Program-made: the position numbers and the translations under genes | Assembly (NCBI GenBank): GCA_016748015.1 | Contig: JAAOMT010000031.1 | Location: 310,001 to 374,000 of the forward strand | Direction of reading: 5' to 3' | DNA: 64,000 nucleotides | Origin: Geosiphon pyriformis uo1 | Lineage: Eukaryota; Fungi; Glomeromycota | Notes under the pieces: generated by a model | The model's database searches: none | Told to the model about the DNA's origin: nothing | What the model saw: only the letters and a program-made list of their open reading frames with translations | Shown here: piece after piece, positions 26,539 to 39,121 of the stretch | How the letters are laid out: each line of letters starts with the position of its first letter | Numbering within the stretch: the first letter of the stretch is position 1

Positions 26539-27852
26539 TCAATCAGCTTGAGTGGGATCCCAACCTATATTAAAGAAGAAATTAGCCTCACATCAAGAGC
26601 AAGAAACTTTCATTAATAAAAACTACATTTCATGCGTACCAGTCGTTAAATACTCATCCCATTGATTCATAATTTCGATATCTTCTTCCACAATTCGAAA
26701 ATCGTACACATTGGCATTCTCGATAATTCGTTCTTTTTTGGTACTTTTCGGTAGAACCACGTAACCACGTTGAAGACTCTAGAGCCTCGGTATTATGTTT
26801 AAGAAATTGAAAATCATAATCCAAACTTCATAGAAAACTCTATTACTTACCCAACGAATAAGAATTTGGGCTGGTGATTTGTTGTATTTTTTAGCTAATT
26901 CTCCCAATTTAAGATCATTCAGCTTTTTCCCCTTTGTCAGAGGCGAATAAGCCTCAATAACGATCCCTTCATCTTTGCAAAACGCCACAAGATCCTCACG
27001 ATTTAACCATGGATGAATCTGAAAGAAATAAAAAATTCCTATCATTTCAAAATACACACACTAAAACATCATTAACAAACCTCTATCTGATTCACAGCTG
27101 GTTTGATCTTCGGCTTGCTCGACAGCAATTCTTTCAAATGATGTACCCCGTAATTCGAAACCCCAATACTCCGCACCTTTCCCTGCTCTACTAATTCCTG
27201 TAAAGCTTGGTAACTTTCTTGTCGTTTCTTTTTGCCTGGAAGTGGTGAGTGGAGAAGTAGAAGATCAATGTATTCGGTGTGCAACTTTTGGAGAGATTCA
27301 TCCGCTGCTCGGAGGGTTTGTTCGTAGCCTTGATCCGAGTCCCAGATCTTGGTAGTAATAAAGATTTGATCGCGTGGAATTTCGCTGTGAACCAAAAAGT
27401 TAACTGGAGGTAAATTTAATTTATATTACTTTAAGATTATAGATTGATCTAACCTTTTAACAATTGCTCTACCAACGTCAGTTTCATTCCCATACAATGC
27501 CGCAGTATCAATATGCCTGTATCCCGCCTTCAAGATAAAAGTTAATCTTAATTCTGATAATATTTCTTCATTTTATGTGTTTCCTCATTATTATCAATTG
27601 ATTTGACATACTTCTAAAGCCCACAAAGTAGCATTTTCCGTTTCGTTTCCTTGCTTTGCTTTGTAAACACCTAAACCTTAAAGATCAAACAGAAAATTTT
27701 TGATTTCATTTAAATATTTTCGGTGAAATTGTGAACTCCTTTAACTTAATCGAAGGTCTTTTAAATGAATTGGCCAAGTCACCCAACAATGGTATCTGTC
27801 TTCCGTCGTTCAGAACGGCATAAGAATTAATGGATAAATCTTTTACACTCAT
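26539..27852 (-). CDS. Aldo-keto reductase (AKR5 / 2,5-DKG reductase-like), multi-exon
   Basis: [70 protein letters not shown]. Confidence 0.93.
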
Positions 27853-28075
27853 TATTATGGGTCTTGCTTATGTAAAATGATTTAATCTTTTATGTCGGAA
27901 ACATAAATTACGTAATTAGATCTTTAGGTACAGATCAAATTTTACATAATTACGAAATAAAACAATCAACACTCAATCCAAAGATTTCTAGTCTAACATA
28001 TGTACAGAATATTACAATAGCCTTTGTTGGATAGATTCAATTTCACTTTTTCAGGAAAAGGGAATCAGTCCAATA

Positions 28076-31000
28076 TTAATAAGCCTCTTTATCATCCTCC
28101 TCGCTCTGGGGGAAAGTATATTCACCTAATGTTATCACCTTCCTCATGATAATCACGCCATTTGGTCCGTTATCAAGCTCCCCTAATCGTTTTGATTCAT
28201 CTAATCCGCCCTCCTCAGAGTTCGAATATGATTGATCTGAGAATTGCCTAGCGGAATTAGAACAAAAAATTAATGCTTGTTGTCCAAACTTCAGCCTCAT
28301 TGCCTTTTTTAACAATTGCTTCGGATCACTGTTCTCGAAATCAATATGATCTGTTAAAAATTTGGCCCACGTTGGAGAAGAGAACTGGTGCAGAATATGT
28401 AGATTTGATTGATATAAAACAGTAGGAGGCAATAGGATAGGATTATGAGTCGTGACTACGAGCCTGATGTTGCGACGATACAAATTAGACTGTAAGTGTT
28501 GTAACGTGTTGGTAAGGGATGATTGAGATCTAAGAAACTAAATTAAAGAAAAAGAATAAATTAGAAATTTTAGTTTGATTATGTGGTAAAGGAGGCTTTA
28601 TTAAATCATGATTTACTTTGTCGGCTTCATCCAGCATCACTAATTTGGCTAACGACGTAGATTGTTGAGGTGATGTCCTGGTATAGATGCCAAGGACAAT
28701 ATCGAAAAGAACTGATGCCATTTCGGGGTGTAAAACAGGATCACTCAAATCAACAATTACCGCGACGCCTGGTTGAAATAAATCACCTAGGGACATAGAT
28801 ATGTGAGAATCTTCCTCGCTGATTCCCTTCTGCTTGAGAGATTGTTTGAGCCGCTCGGTAATAAAAGAATCAAGGCGACTTAAGTGGGATTTTAGGAATC
28901 CTTTCACTCTGAAGGAGACTGTACTTTGTAGAAGGCGACTGCAAAATTTGCTGTAATTAAAGTCATCTTGCATGGCATAGAAAAGATCGTCGGCGAGCTC
29001 CATGATTTGATCGCGGTCTTCAAAGTCACCTTTAATATCTAGCCATGCCTTGTTTTCGATAACAAAAGTTTATTCAAATGACCTAAAAAGGTTTTGCACG
29101 AATGAGAACCTAGAGATTGGCCCCTTTACCTTTACATAATCGACAGATAAATCAGTTTCCGAGAACAATAAAGGCCTCACTTCGCAAGCTTCAATACTAT
29201 CATATACTTTCTTCATATTTCGGTAGTTTGAGGGTGATACTAACACAATGACCTTTTCTGCAGATACCGGTTGTTTAAACTTCCCAACATATTGAGTTGA
29301 AGCTCCAAGGTATGCACTCATGCAAGGTAGAGTAAGAGAGCTTCTCTCGTATCGTAATATTAGGGCAGATAACCGGGAGATCAATTTACTAATGCGTGAA
29401 TTCTGTATGAGGCATCCTTCAAGGATAACTTGTTTCATTTTAACAATCCCAGAGCTCGGGAGCCCAATTATGATAATTGAAAATGGAAGGTCATAGTTCA
29501 AATAAACAGCATAATCGCCTGATGATTCCAGCGTACCGAGGCTGGTGTAGTTTTGAAATAATTCTGGATTGGCATCTAGCGTTACTTGACCGAACAAGGG
29601 ACCATCATCAATATCGTTTTCAGCCATCTTTACCAAAATCTTTTGCAAAACTTTACGTACGTCTTTATTGATGTTTTCAGAATTTTCGGAACTCCCGGAT
29701 TTGCTAAAATTCTGATATTGGGCTTTTGATGTCTGGCGTACCAGAGAACAAAATTCAAGGAATGTTCTTTCAGCCGCAGTCACAGGATGATTGAAAAATA
29801 AAGTAGATTGGGACTCTTCAGACATAGGATTAAAGGAGATCAAATCCAAATCTAATATTGGTTGCGCTTGTGGGGGTGGTGTGGTGGGGGAAGGCAACTG
29901 GATAAGCTGAGATTTTGCTGCAGCGCTGTTAGGTCCCGGGGATGTTGTTAAAGTTGGTTTTTGCTCTTGGGCTGATGTCGAATCACTTTGTACTTGAGAA
30001 GTAATTCTAATAGGTTGTGGCTTCGGGGGTGATTGAGAAGGTTGCAACTTTGAGATTACGTGAACGGCTTGTGGCTTCAAAACTGGCGCTTGAGTAGATA
30101 GCTCATGAAACTGTTTAGAAGCCGCTTTGGGTTGAATTTCTTTCATTAAAGAATCTGGCTGAGGTTCATTATTCGCCTCCAACCAAGGTATACGCACTTC
30201 CTTAGAATGTTGGATACCTATTGTGGCCCTTTGTTGCTCGATGAATACCTCTCGAGTTTTTATATCTTGATCTTGATTCATAACATCTTTGATTTGTGAT
30301 GTTACTAATGAGTTTAGGGGTGGTGTTGTGGCGCGTCTAATTGGTAGTGTTGGGATTGTCCAATTCAATTCAGCTTCAATTTTCGGATGTGATTCTTTTG
30401 AATTTATCAGTTGGCTATTTGGTTTGTCAGCAGTAGGTTTTGTTTGAGGGATTAATTTCCCACTAGCATCAATGAAATCAATGGATTCTCCCTCGTTTAA
30501 AAAAGGCTCATAAATAGCTTTTGAGGTGATCTCAGATTTAGATCTGATTTCATCTACAAATGGATGAATTTTTTGAGGCCCCTTGATGCCAACTTGATTC
30601 TTGAAAGTGACCAATGTATCCCCTGGCTTGCCTTCCGTATTCTTTAAATCAAATTCTTTACTTTGTTGGAGAAGTTCGAGTATTTTGAATTCAGGATATT
30701 TCCCACTCCAATTTAAATGGACGGCTAAGGCAGCGAGAGTAGCAGAACCTTCAAGCGCGATATATTTCTTAATATATTCCATGGGTGGTTGGTCTCCCGG
30801 AAAGGGCTTATATTCAACGAAAACATCGGTGACACATTGATACAAGAGAAAATCTGTATATGTCTCTAAAAGATCGGCTAATTTGATTCGTGGAGCAATA
30901 CCGGTACGTTTCAAGTAATCGCCAAGAACCGACATCCTAATCTGACTTTTATTTCTCAAATATGCCCGACAAGATCGTACAATTTCAATATCCGGAGAAC

Positions 31001-32597
31001 GAATCCAATAAACACCAGATTCAGACGTTATCTTGAACTCAGTCCACGGATTCAAGAATTCTTTAAGCGAGGCTGATGAAGGTAGCATATCCAATTTTTT
31101 CAGGTAATCCTGTAATTGTAACAATCGAGCTTTTCCAAATTCCATCATGTATTTACGAATACAGTGAATCAAATTATTATCACACTTCTTAAGTCGTATA
31201 TAAACTGTTTCCTCGATATGTGTTGTTTCGAAATCGGTTTTATCCCCGTTCAAATACTCATCGATTTTTTCTTTAGTTATATTATACTGTTGCTGATTCA
31301 ACAGCGTTTCAAGTTCATTTAATGTAGCAATTCCAAGTTTACAGACGCAATCACGAATCAGTTGAACAGTGTAAGGTTTAGTCATACGGTATTTTCCAAA
31401 GGGGTTGGTAATCGTTTTAGGTGAAATTAATTTTTGGGATGGCAAAAGGGATACATAATGAACATCTTCGTATTCTTTACATTCAAAGAGATCCGGACAA
31501 TTCATTAAAAAATCAACAAGTTGATGAGTGATTGTTCCCGGTTGTTCTCTCAGAAGAACAATCAATTCATTTATCGCGACACCTCTAGAACCACTATCAT
31601 TATTTTTTGATAAGTAATTTTTGACCAAGATTTCCGTCTGGTTCATACGGTTTTTAAGCATTGTACCATTTGTGGTAGTAGTTGAAGTTTTCTGTACGAG
31701 TCGGACACATGTTACGCCTCTCTCCAGGGAAACTTGAAATATATGCGAGTTTACATGCAAAAAATCCATTATTGGTGAGGTAATAACACTAAAACCTTTC
31801 TCTTTCAAGTGTTGCTCGAGCTCATGTACAGAATCAACACCATTTTTCTCGAGATATTGTCGAGCACATGTTACGGCTTTCGAGTCGGAATTGCCAACAG
31901 ATATATATTTATATAGTGTTTCTTTAGGTACATCAATCGACTCATTTTTGATTGAGGAAAAAGTTGTATTTTCTTCTTTTAATATTTTTGAAGTAGTGGA
32001 AACACCAGAAGTTCCTGTTTGTGAAAGACTTATTTGCTGAGTTTCTGGCCTTGATATTTGGGAGGAAGGAAGAGGTTGTTTTTCTTCTGTAGATTTTAAG
32101 GAGCCGCCGCCTTTAATGGAGTGTTCCATATTAGAATTTGTATATTCATCCAAATAAGAATCTCCAGTTTGAGATTCTTTGCCATTCGTGCTCTTTATTT
32201 CCCGTTCAAGAAATGTTATCCTTTGAGCAGGCATAAGAGGCAGGACGATGATTTTTGGAGGGTCGACCTTTTTGAGACTAATTAAAGCAGCCCCGTTAGG
32301 ACCTTCGGTGATCTCAAACGTCTCGGGACACTCGCTTAGCACGGCTTCCAGATATGCGGAGTCCACCTGAATAGATCGTGTTGCCAGCCATGTAGCTAAA
32401 GACTCTAGTGTAATTTTGAAATAGATATCATCGTCAAAATAACCTTTAACAGCTGCAATTATGGATTCTTTGGTCGTTTCCATTATCTTTGAAATTGGTA
32501 ACCCGAAATTTTTTTTTTGCTCACTCGTTTTGGGATGATCTGAAAAAATTATGTCTCGTGATATTCCATCATCAACACGCGTCAAACTTGTGGCCAT
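28076..32597 (-). CDS. Large protein: about seven tandem winged-helix (LOTUS/OST-HTH-like) repeats, Pro/Gln/Ser linker and C-terminal degenerate HerA/FtsK-like P-loop domain
   Basis: Exons 32597-29130, 29048-28617 and 28537-28076 splice in frame. The C-terminal domain has PFSIIIIGLPSSG, VLVSPSN, VRPLLF..DL, VIVDLSDP, VMLDEADKFL, RLVVTTHNP and HQFSSPTW. N-terminal repeats follow 'hxhxxLxxxL...hxxhLxxxxxxFxh'. Confidence 0.8.
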
Positions 32598-32601
32598 TTC
32601 T

Positions 32602-32612
32602 CGTGACTCACG
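32602..32612. promoter_or_regulatory. Palindromic AP-1/Gcn4-type site (CGTGACTCACG) in the tiny divergent intergenic gap
   Basis: TGACTCA at 32604-32610 with symmetric CG flanks, between head-to-head ATGs at 32597 and 32641. Confidence 0.35.
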
Positions 32613-32640
32613 TTAATTATAAAAGCCTTGTATAAAGCTC

Positions 32641-33797
32641 ATGGCTCATCAATCTTTTGATATGGATTCTCGTAAAGTCTTGGTATGTATGATTAATCCC
32701 TAGGTTACATCCTTAGAGTAAGAATGTTGATTTGAGGTTTAATGATATTTTTTTCAGTTAATTGGTTTAGGGAATTATACCCATCCAAACACGCGACATA
32801 GTATAGGAATGATGATGCTAGATTACCTCGTCGACCAATATAACCTGAAATGGATTTATAATGAAAAATGGCCAGGAAGTATGGCAAAAACTCAAATCAC
32901 AATCCAACCACAACCGATCAAATCTAAACCACGGCGTAAAAAGAAGGAAAAAAATGATGATAAAATGACGGAAGAGAATGATCAAATAAAAGAGGAGTGT
33001 GCTGTTGGTGATGCGACCCAACTTCTAGGCAAAAGTGAATCTGGATCTTTTGTCACTGCGTCCCCCAATCTAAATTTAGCAACATCAATACCAGTATCAT
33101 TACGGGTAACAAAGGTGAAAGAACAATGGAAACCACCAGACCCTATCACAATTGATTTAACTTTAATGAAACCACGATTGTTAATGAACGTAAGCGGGAA
33201 ATCTGTTAGCAAAGCTGGTAAATTATTGTTATGGGACTGATTAATTTAGTCTTCATATTTGTTAATGAAATCACTTTTTTTATTAATGATTCCTAAAAAA
33301 ATTTAGTCAAAGATCTTGGCTTCACAACTTCTAACATAATCGTAATCCATGATGACATGGGACGTGTTCCTGGAAAAATCAGTTTGAAAAATGGTGGAAG
33401 TGCAAAGTAAGTTTCAGTCAAAGTAACAACTATCTCACTCCTTTGATTTCCTAATTTATTGACTCCTTTTACCATGTGATCGTGAAGTGGGCATAACGGG
33501 ATCAAATCAGTAATAGAAAGGTTGGAAACTAATGTAAGTAATTATTCCATTTTATTTTTCTTGTACATAATTGACTTTGGATTAAAATAAGCTTCGATGA
33601 AAACATAGGAATTCAAACGACTTAGAATCGGAATTGGAAGGCCAGATCGAGAAATTGACGATAGATCACATGAAATCATCTCGGATTATGTGCTAGATCG
33701 TATCAGTGCCGCAGAAATGGAGGTATATACTAACGAAGTATTTCCTCGATGCAAAGAAGAATTGATAAAATTTGGTTTAAACGGTATGAAAGAGTAA
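32641..33797 (+). CDS. PTH1: Peptidyl-tRNA hydrolase (bacterial-type Pth, probably mitochondrial), five exons
   Basis: LIGLGNYTHPNTRHSIG, MKPRLLMNVSG, IIVIHDDM, GGSANGHNGIKS, RLRIGIGRP, DYVL. Confidence 0.93.
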
Positions 33798-33965
33798 GAA
33801 AATAGGGAATTAAAGTATTGATTATTTCTAGTAAATTTTTTTGATTTGTAAAATAATATAAAATAAAAATGATGCACACAAATACTTCCCTAATATTTTT
33901 TAAGTTTATTGCAGATTTAATGGTTACAAAAAAATATTTACAAATTTACAAGTATCAAAATAACA

Positions 33966-35798
33966 TCATTGAGAATATTTTTTGTCTATTGACTCGTTGA
34001 TGGCCTCCCTCAATGCCTTTTCTTTTTTCGTCCATTCCACCATTGCTTCTCCGGTAGAAATAACTGCAGAATCAACAGCCTGAACAATTCTGTCTGTAAT
34101 TTCAATCATCATAGGTTGATAACGACTGTAAGCGTCAATGCTAATTTCCAATAATACGCGGACTTGCGTACTGAGAAACACGGAAACTGTGTCCAGGACT
34201 ACCGGGAAATGTGCATTTACAATATCTCGAACCGTGTGAAAAAGACTTAATGATTTTTCACACAATAATAAAACCCATGCCATGAGGTAGGGCATAATTA
34301 ATTGATAAAAAGTGTCCATAGCTGCGAGTATAGTGAAAAATAGGTCTTGAGATATTTTTAAAAAACGGACAAAATGTAGAGAACCAAATGTAATCAATGA
34401 CTTTACTATCCGGAACAATTTTAATAAGGCCACTAGAATAACTTTGCTGTAGAAAATCCTGAGGGCTGCGATAACAGGATGAAAGAGTGGTGCAAAAGTA
34501 GACCAGAAGGTGTGGAGCAATTTTAAAAAATTGATTCGAATTGAGTTATATGCTGCAGATGAAATTCGTTGAAGATTGGCATGGATTAAAGGTAGGGCCC
34601 TTATGCATGGAATGATAACTGTTTGTTGAAACCAAATGGAAATAGAGAGAAATTCAAGGTATGAATAATAAGCTTCCTCAGCCAAACAAAGAGCTGATCG
34701 TCGCGAATTCTCAGTAATGATTGGGATAATTTCCGAGATATATTTTTTCATTAGAATCAGTAGTGTTCCTGTGACAATGATGCTATGAAGTTTTCTCATG
34801 ACAAAACGTAAATTCTGATTTCTTAGGATTCCATATAGAACCCAGGAAGTTTCAGATAAAACTGCCACCACCAGTCGCAGGTATAAGAATTTACCCAAAC
34901 TTAGTCCTAAGACCTTAGCTTTGTGATATCCACGAATTGCTAATTTCTCCAAACAATTAAACAAAGGTTGAAGAGCAGAGTCCCAAATATGTATACTTGT
35001 TTGCAAAGTTATAATAAACAGATCTCTAAAGTCTTGTGCCAGATCTCTTGCAAGAAAACAAAGACAATGCCAAGCTATCTTTTGAAGATATATTGCTCTC
35101 GGAATAGCCCATTTCACAGGCTTAATAATCAATTTAATGAAGGTACGTGCTAAAAAAACGCCAAGTGGATATAAAATGTGAATCCATCCAGCTTCAAATA
35201 ATTCAATTCCACGATTCCAAGAAATTTTGATTAAATGTCGTACTTTTTCAAACGCCACAATAAAGTAAAGCCAAATATTTTTAATGACCGGCCATGCATG
35301 AATTCGAGCCCAGTTTGCGAAACCTACAGTAGCCTGTATAAGTGGTTTTTGAATGTATAAACGCCAAATGAATGGTGCATTAGCAATAACTTTGGAAATT
35401 GTTGCTGCGCTCCATTTTATTCCATGCCCCAGCAAGTAGAGACCAGACTCTGCACTATCAAGTGAATAGAAAACAAATAACTCAAAAGTATCCCAAGCAA
35501 GTCGTAAAGATAAATAAACAACTGCTAAAGGGAGAAAAGGAATATATAAAGCGAGGTTTTGTTCCTGCGAGAGATTTAGAATGGGTTGCTGTTCTGGAGC
35601 TTTCCGGATCGTCTTTCGTTTAAAGAACTCTTCATGTAGCTGTCGCCAGTTCTTGTAATAGCTGATGGCCACATAAAGATAAAGAAACACAAATAATAGT
35701 AGGAAGATAATCCAGAAAGATATTCCTTCAACCAAAAGAGTTTCGGAGGGTTTAGAAAATGAGGGATCTGATGAAATAGTGTTAAAGGGAATTTCCAT
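33966..35798 (-). CDS. Hypothetical 610-aa hydrophobic/amphipathic all-helical membrane protein
   Basis: Long intronless ORF with gene-like base composition, an N-terminal TM helix and many aromatic amphipathic helices. Confidence 0.7.
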   Translation of the reverse strand: MEIPFNTISSDPSFSKPSETLLVEGISFWIIFLLLFVFLYLYVAISYYKNWRQLHEEFFKRKTIRKAPEQQPILNLSQEQNLALYIPFLPLAVVYLSLRLAWDTFELFVFYSLDSAESGLYLLGHGIKWSAATISKVIANAPFIWRLYIQKPLIQATVGFANWARIHAWPVIKNIWLYFIVAFEKVRHLIKISWNRGIELFEAGWIHILYPLGVFLARTFIKLIIKPVKWAIPRAIYLQKIAWHCLCFLARDLAQDFRDLFIITLQTSIHIWDSALQPLFNCLEKLAIRGYHKAKVLGLSLGKFLYLRLVVAVLSETSWVLYGILRNQNLRFVMRKLHSIIVTGTLLILMKKYISEIIPIITENSRRSALCLAEEAYYSYLEFLSISIWFQQTVIIPCIRALPLIHANLQRISSAAYNSIRINFLKLLHTFWSTFAPLFHPVIAALRIFYSKVILVALLKLFRIVKSLITFGSLHFVRFLKISQDLFFTILAAMDTFYQLIMPYLMAWVLLLCEKSLSLFHTVRDIVNAHFPVVLDTVSVFLSTQVRVLLEISIDAYSRYQPMMIEITDRIVQAVDSAVISTGEAMVEWTKKEKALREAINESIDKKYSQ

Positions 35799-36239
35799 AT
35801 TCTTTAATTATTGAAGATATGAAGTTTACAAATTTCTAAAGCGGCTAATTAAAACTTTGTACTGAAAATTCATCTTTAAAGTCTTGGAAGGTCTTGCTTT
35901 ATACACTTGGCCAAGTTGCTGATGATCCAATCTTTGCTATATTCGTGGTGAAATTTGCCGACAAGAATTTCCATAATGGACTAACAAAAAAAGAAATAGA
36001 ATTTATAATTATGATGAGATATAAGAATTAATTTAGAATTGTTTTACTGTGAAATAATATAATTAGAAATAGACAAGATACGTAAAGAAACGTTTATATA
36101 TCTTATTGGATCAAAAGAAATAAGTTAATTCGGGTTATCAAAAATTAAAAAAGGCTTTATAATGCCAAATTCAAATAGGATATCTATAATGTTTGTCTAC
36201 TATTAAGGTCAAATAACGTGTTATTGTAATAAGATTATG

Positions 36240-38650
36240 CAAAACTTGTATAGTTAATTATCAATAATTTTAAAATTAATAATAATCTTAATAAGTCTTC
36301 TTTGCATTTTTATAACTTTGAAAATATGTTTGGCCATTTAATTATTAATATACAAGCAATACCAAAACCCAAGTACTTTTCCTTTTTGTTTAAAATAAAA
36401 ATCTTAATACTTTAAACCTTTTTCTTAATTCATAATCTGTATTTGTTCTTTAATTTAGTTTTTGTAACAATAAAAACATATTATTTGCTCTTAATATATT
36501 ACTTGACAATATTGTTTTGTTTAACTTAAAAAAATATAATATTATTAACAGTTTTGCCATTACAATTATACTTGAATCTACTTTTATTATTAGATTTTTT
36601 ATTAGATTTTAATTAAAAATTATTAAAGACTTAAATATATTTAAATTTTTTTAACTTTATTATTTGTTCTGTAAAGTTAATAAAACAGTATTTTAACTTA
36701 ACAATTATAATTTTAATATTTTTAGCATTGTTAAAAAAAGTTTTTAATTAAAATACTAAACATAATAGCTTGAAAAATCTGTATTTATTTTTTTTTACCA
36801 AAATACTGATTAATTAATAGAAATTTGTATTTTAATATATATATAAATAAGTTATATTTTAATAATTTAACCAAATTTTGGAAAAATTTTGGAAAAATTA
36901 TATTTTAAAACTATTTAATTAAAATATTTATATATAATATATTTAAACAAAATAAGTATAATTCAAAATAAATTAATTTTATTAAGTTTTTTCAAAAAAT
37001 TTTTAAATTAAAAACAAATAATTCTATAGTATTACTTGAGTAAAAAAAACCAATCCAAAACTATTGAAAAAATGAAATTAATACATAATAACATAAAATA
37101 ATATGAAATAATGTAAAATAATATAAAATAACTTAGAATAACATAAAATAATATAAAATAGCATAAAATAATCAGTCATAACATAAAATAATTAATTATA
37201 ACAAAAAGAAACAAAGCAATAATAGAAATAACAAAAAATAGCTAATAATAATAAGCAATTAAAAGCAATCTTATAAAATTAAAGAATATGTATAAAAACA
37301 AGTAGTTTTAACAGATAAAAAAAAGACAAACAAAAAACAAAAATTAATTTCTTCTTATTATTTTATTTTTTTATCTATTATTTATTTTTTAATAAAGTAT
37401 TGTTAAAATTAAACCAAAAATACCTAATATTAACAACTTATTATCTATAGACTTTAACTAATTATTGTTTTTTATCTTTATTTTAGACCAAATACAATTA
37501 GCATAAACATTTTTGGAACTTTAATGACTAAAACAATTACTTTTAATTATGATAATTAATAAAATACTAATTTTTTTTTATTTTTTTAATTTTTTTATTT
37601 TCTTTTTATCTTATAAAGTAACAACATTGGAAATTAACTGTTTAAGAATAGACTTTATAATAACTTAGTAAAAAAAAAGCTTTTTCTAGTATTAGATATT
37701 AACTTCATCTTATTAATTTATTAAAGAACAAAAAAACAATATTAAACTCTAGTAATTATACTTGACTAGTTTAGAGAAAAAAGCTTATATCTATAAACAT
37801 AAATTGCTAGAAAATATATCTTTGTCTTTTATAACCAAAGAACTTTATAAATAAATTTATATATATTAACAATTTTTAGAAATTAGTAAAACATAGCATA
37901 TATTTGTAAATTCAAAAAACTCTATAGTTTTTATATTTAAAATTTTGAACATAAAATATTACTATTATTCTTTACCAAATTTATTTATAACAACAGTTAA
38001 TCTAAGCATATATAATAGAATTTTAATTATAAAACAAGTTTTTTTATTAAAAAATACCAAAAAATTTAAAAAATTATAGATTATATATTTATTAATAAAG
38101 TATAAAAAAAGTTTTAATGTTTTTTTTATAATATTAGGTTTTATAATATAAACAATATTTTTTTAATTAAAACAAACTATTTGAAAACTATTAAATTAGC
38201 CAAATTTAAATTAATAAACTTAATTATAATTTTTTATAAGTTAATAAGCTATAATTTAATTAAAACAATTTTGTCAAATTTAAAAAATTAATTGTATAGT
38301 TATTTTAAAAGTATTTATTTAATTTTTTTTTAAAAAATTGGCAAAAATAATAAATAATAAAAAAATTTTATATTATTCAATTGGATTTTTTGACAAAAAA
38401 AACTGGTTTTAGTATTTTTGATATTATATTTTATAAATTATTTAGAATTTTATTATTGTTATTTAAGTTAAAGTTAAATTTTTTAACATAATATTTTTTT
38501 ATATTTTTAATATTAATTTTGATTATTTTATTATTAATAATACTGCATTTGTTTTTTAATCAAAAATTTTTTTTTAAAAAAACACAATTATTACTATTAA
38601 AGTTTTGAACAATAAATGTTAAACAATAAATTATAAAAAATTAAATGTTT
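36240..38650 (-). mobile_element. AT-rich decayed repeats, including a minus-strand LINE endonuclease fragment near 36240-36530
   Basis: The reverse strand reads KQNNIVK*...VFIVTKTKL, matching KQTDIIR*H...SIVTETKL in the 54 kb LINE ORF2. A degenerate 10-bp tandem repeat lies at about 37085-37190. Confidence 0.55.
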
Positions 38651-39121
38651 TTGAAATCTAATTCTTAACTGGTAACAATGTCATTAGCTTAACAACTCCC
38701 GCTTATAGCCAAAAACAAAAATAGGCCCTGTCATTTTTGATCTTTATTCGCACATAAGTGATCATTTAAGAAAGAACAAATTGGTTCCTTGTTCACATCA
38801 CGCTGATTTTAGTAAATGATTCTCATTGAATATCAACCCAGATAATAAATAACAATAATAATGGTCATTATTACAGTATGCACCAAATTTTACGGCTCGC
38901 TTTGATTGCTGTTATTAAAGGTACATGATACACTCGAAGGAGATGAATGGATGTTTGAAAAAATTTGAGGAAAAGGGCGATAGATATATTGATATGGTTC
39001 GTTGGATGATCATGTAACTAATAAAACTGACTTTTATCGGTTAAACACGTAAGGGACGGCATAGGGTAAAATTTTATTTCATATTAAACCTAATTACCCT
39101 TGAAAAATGAGCTATCGTGAT

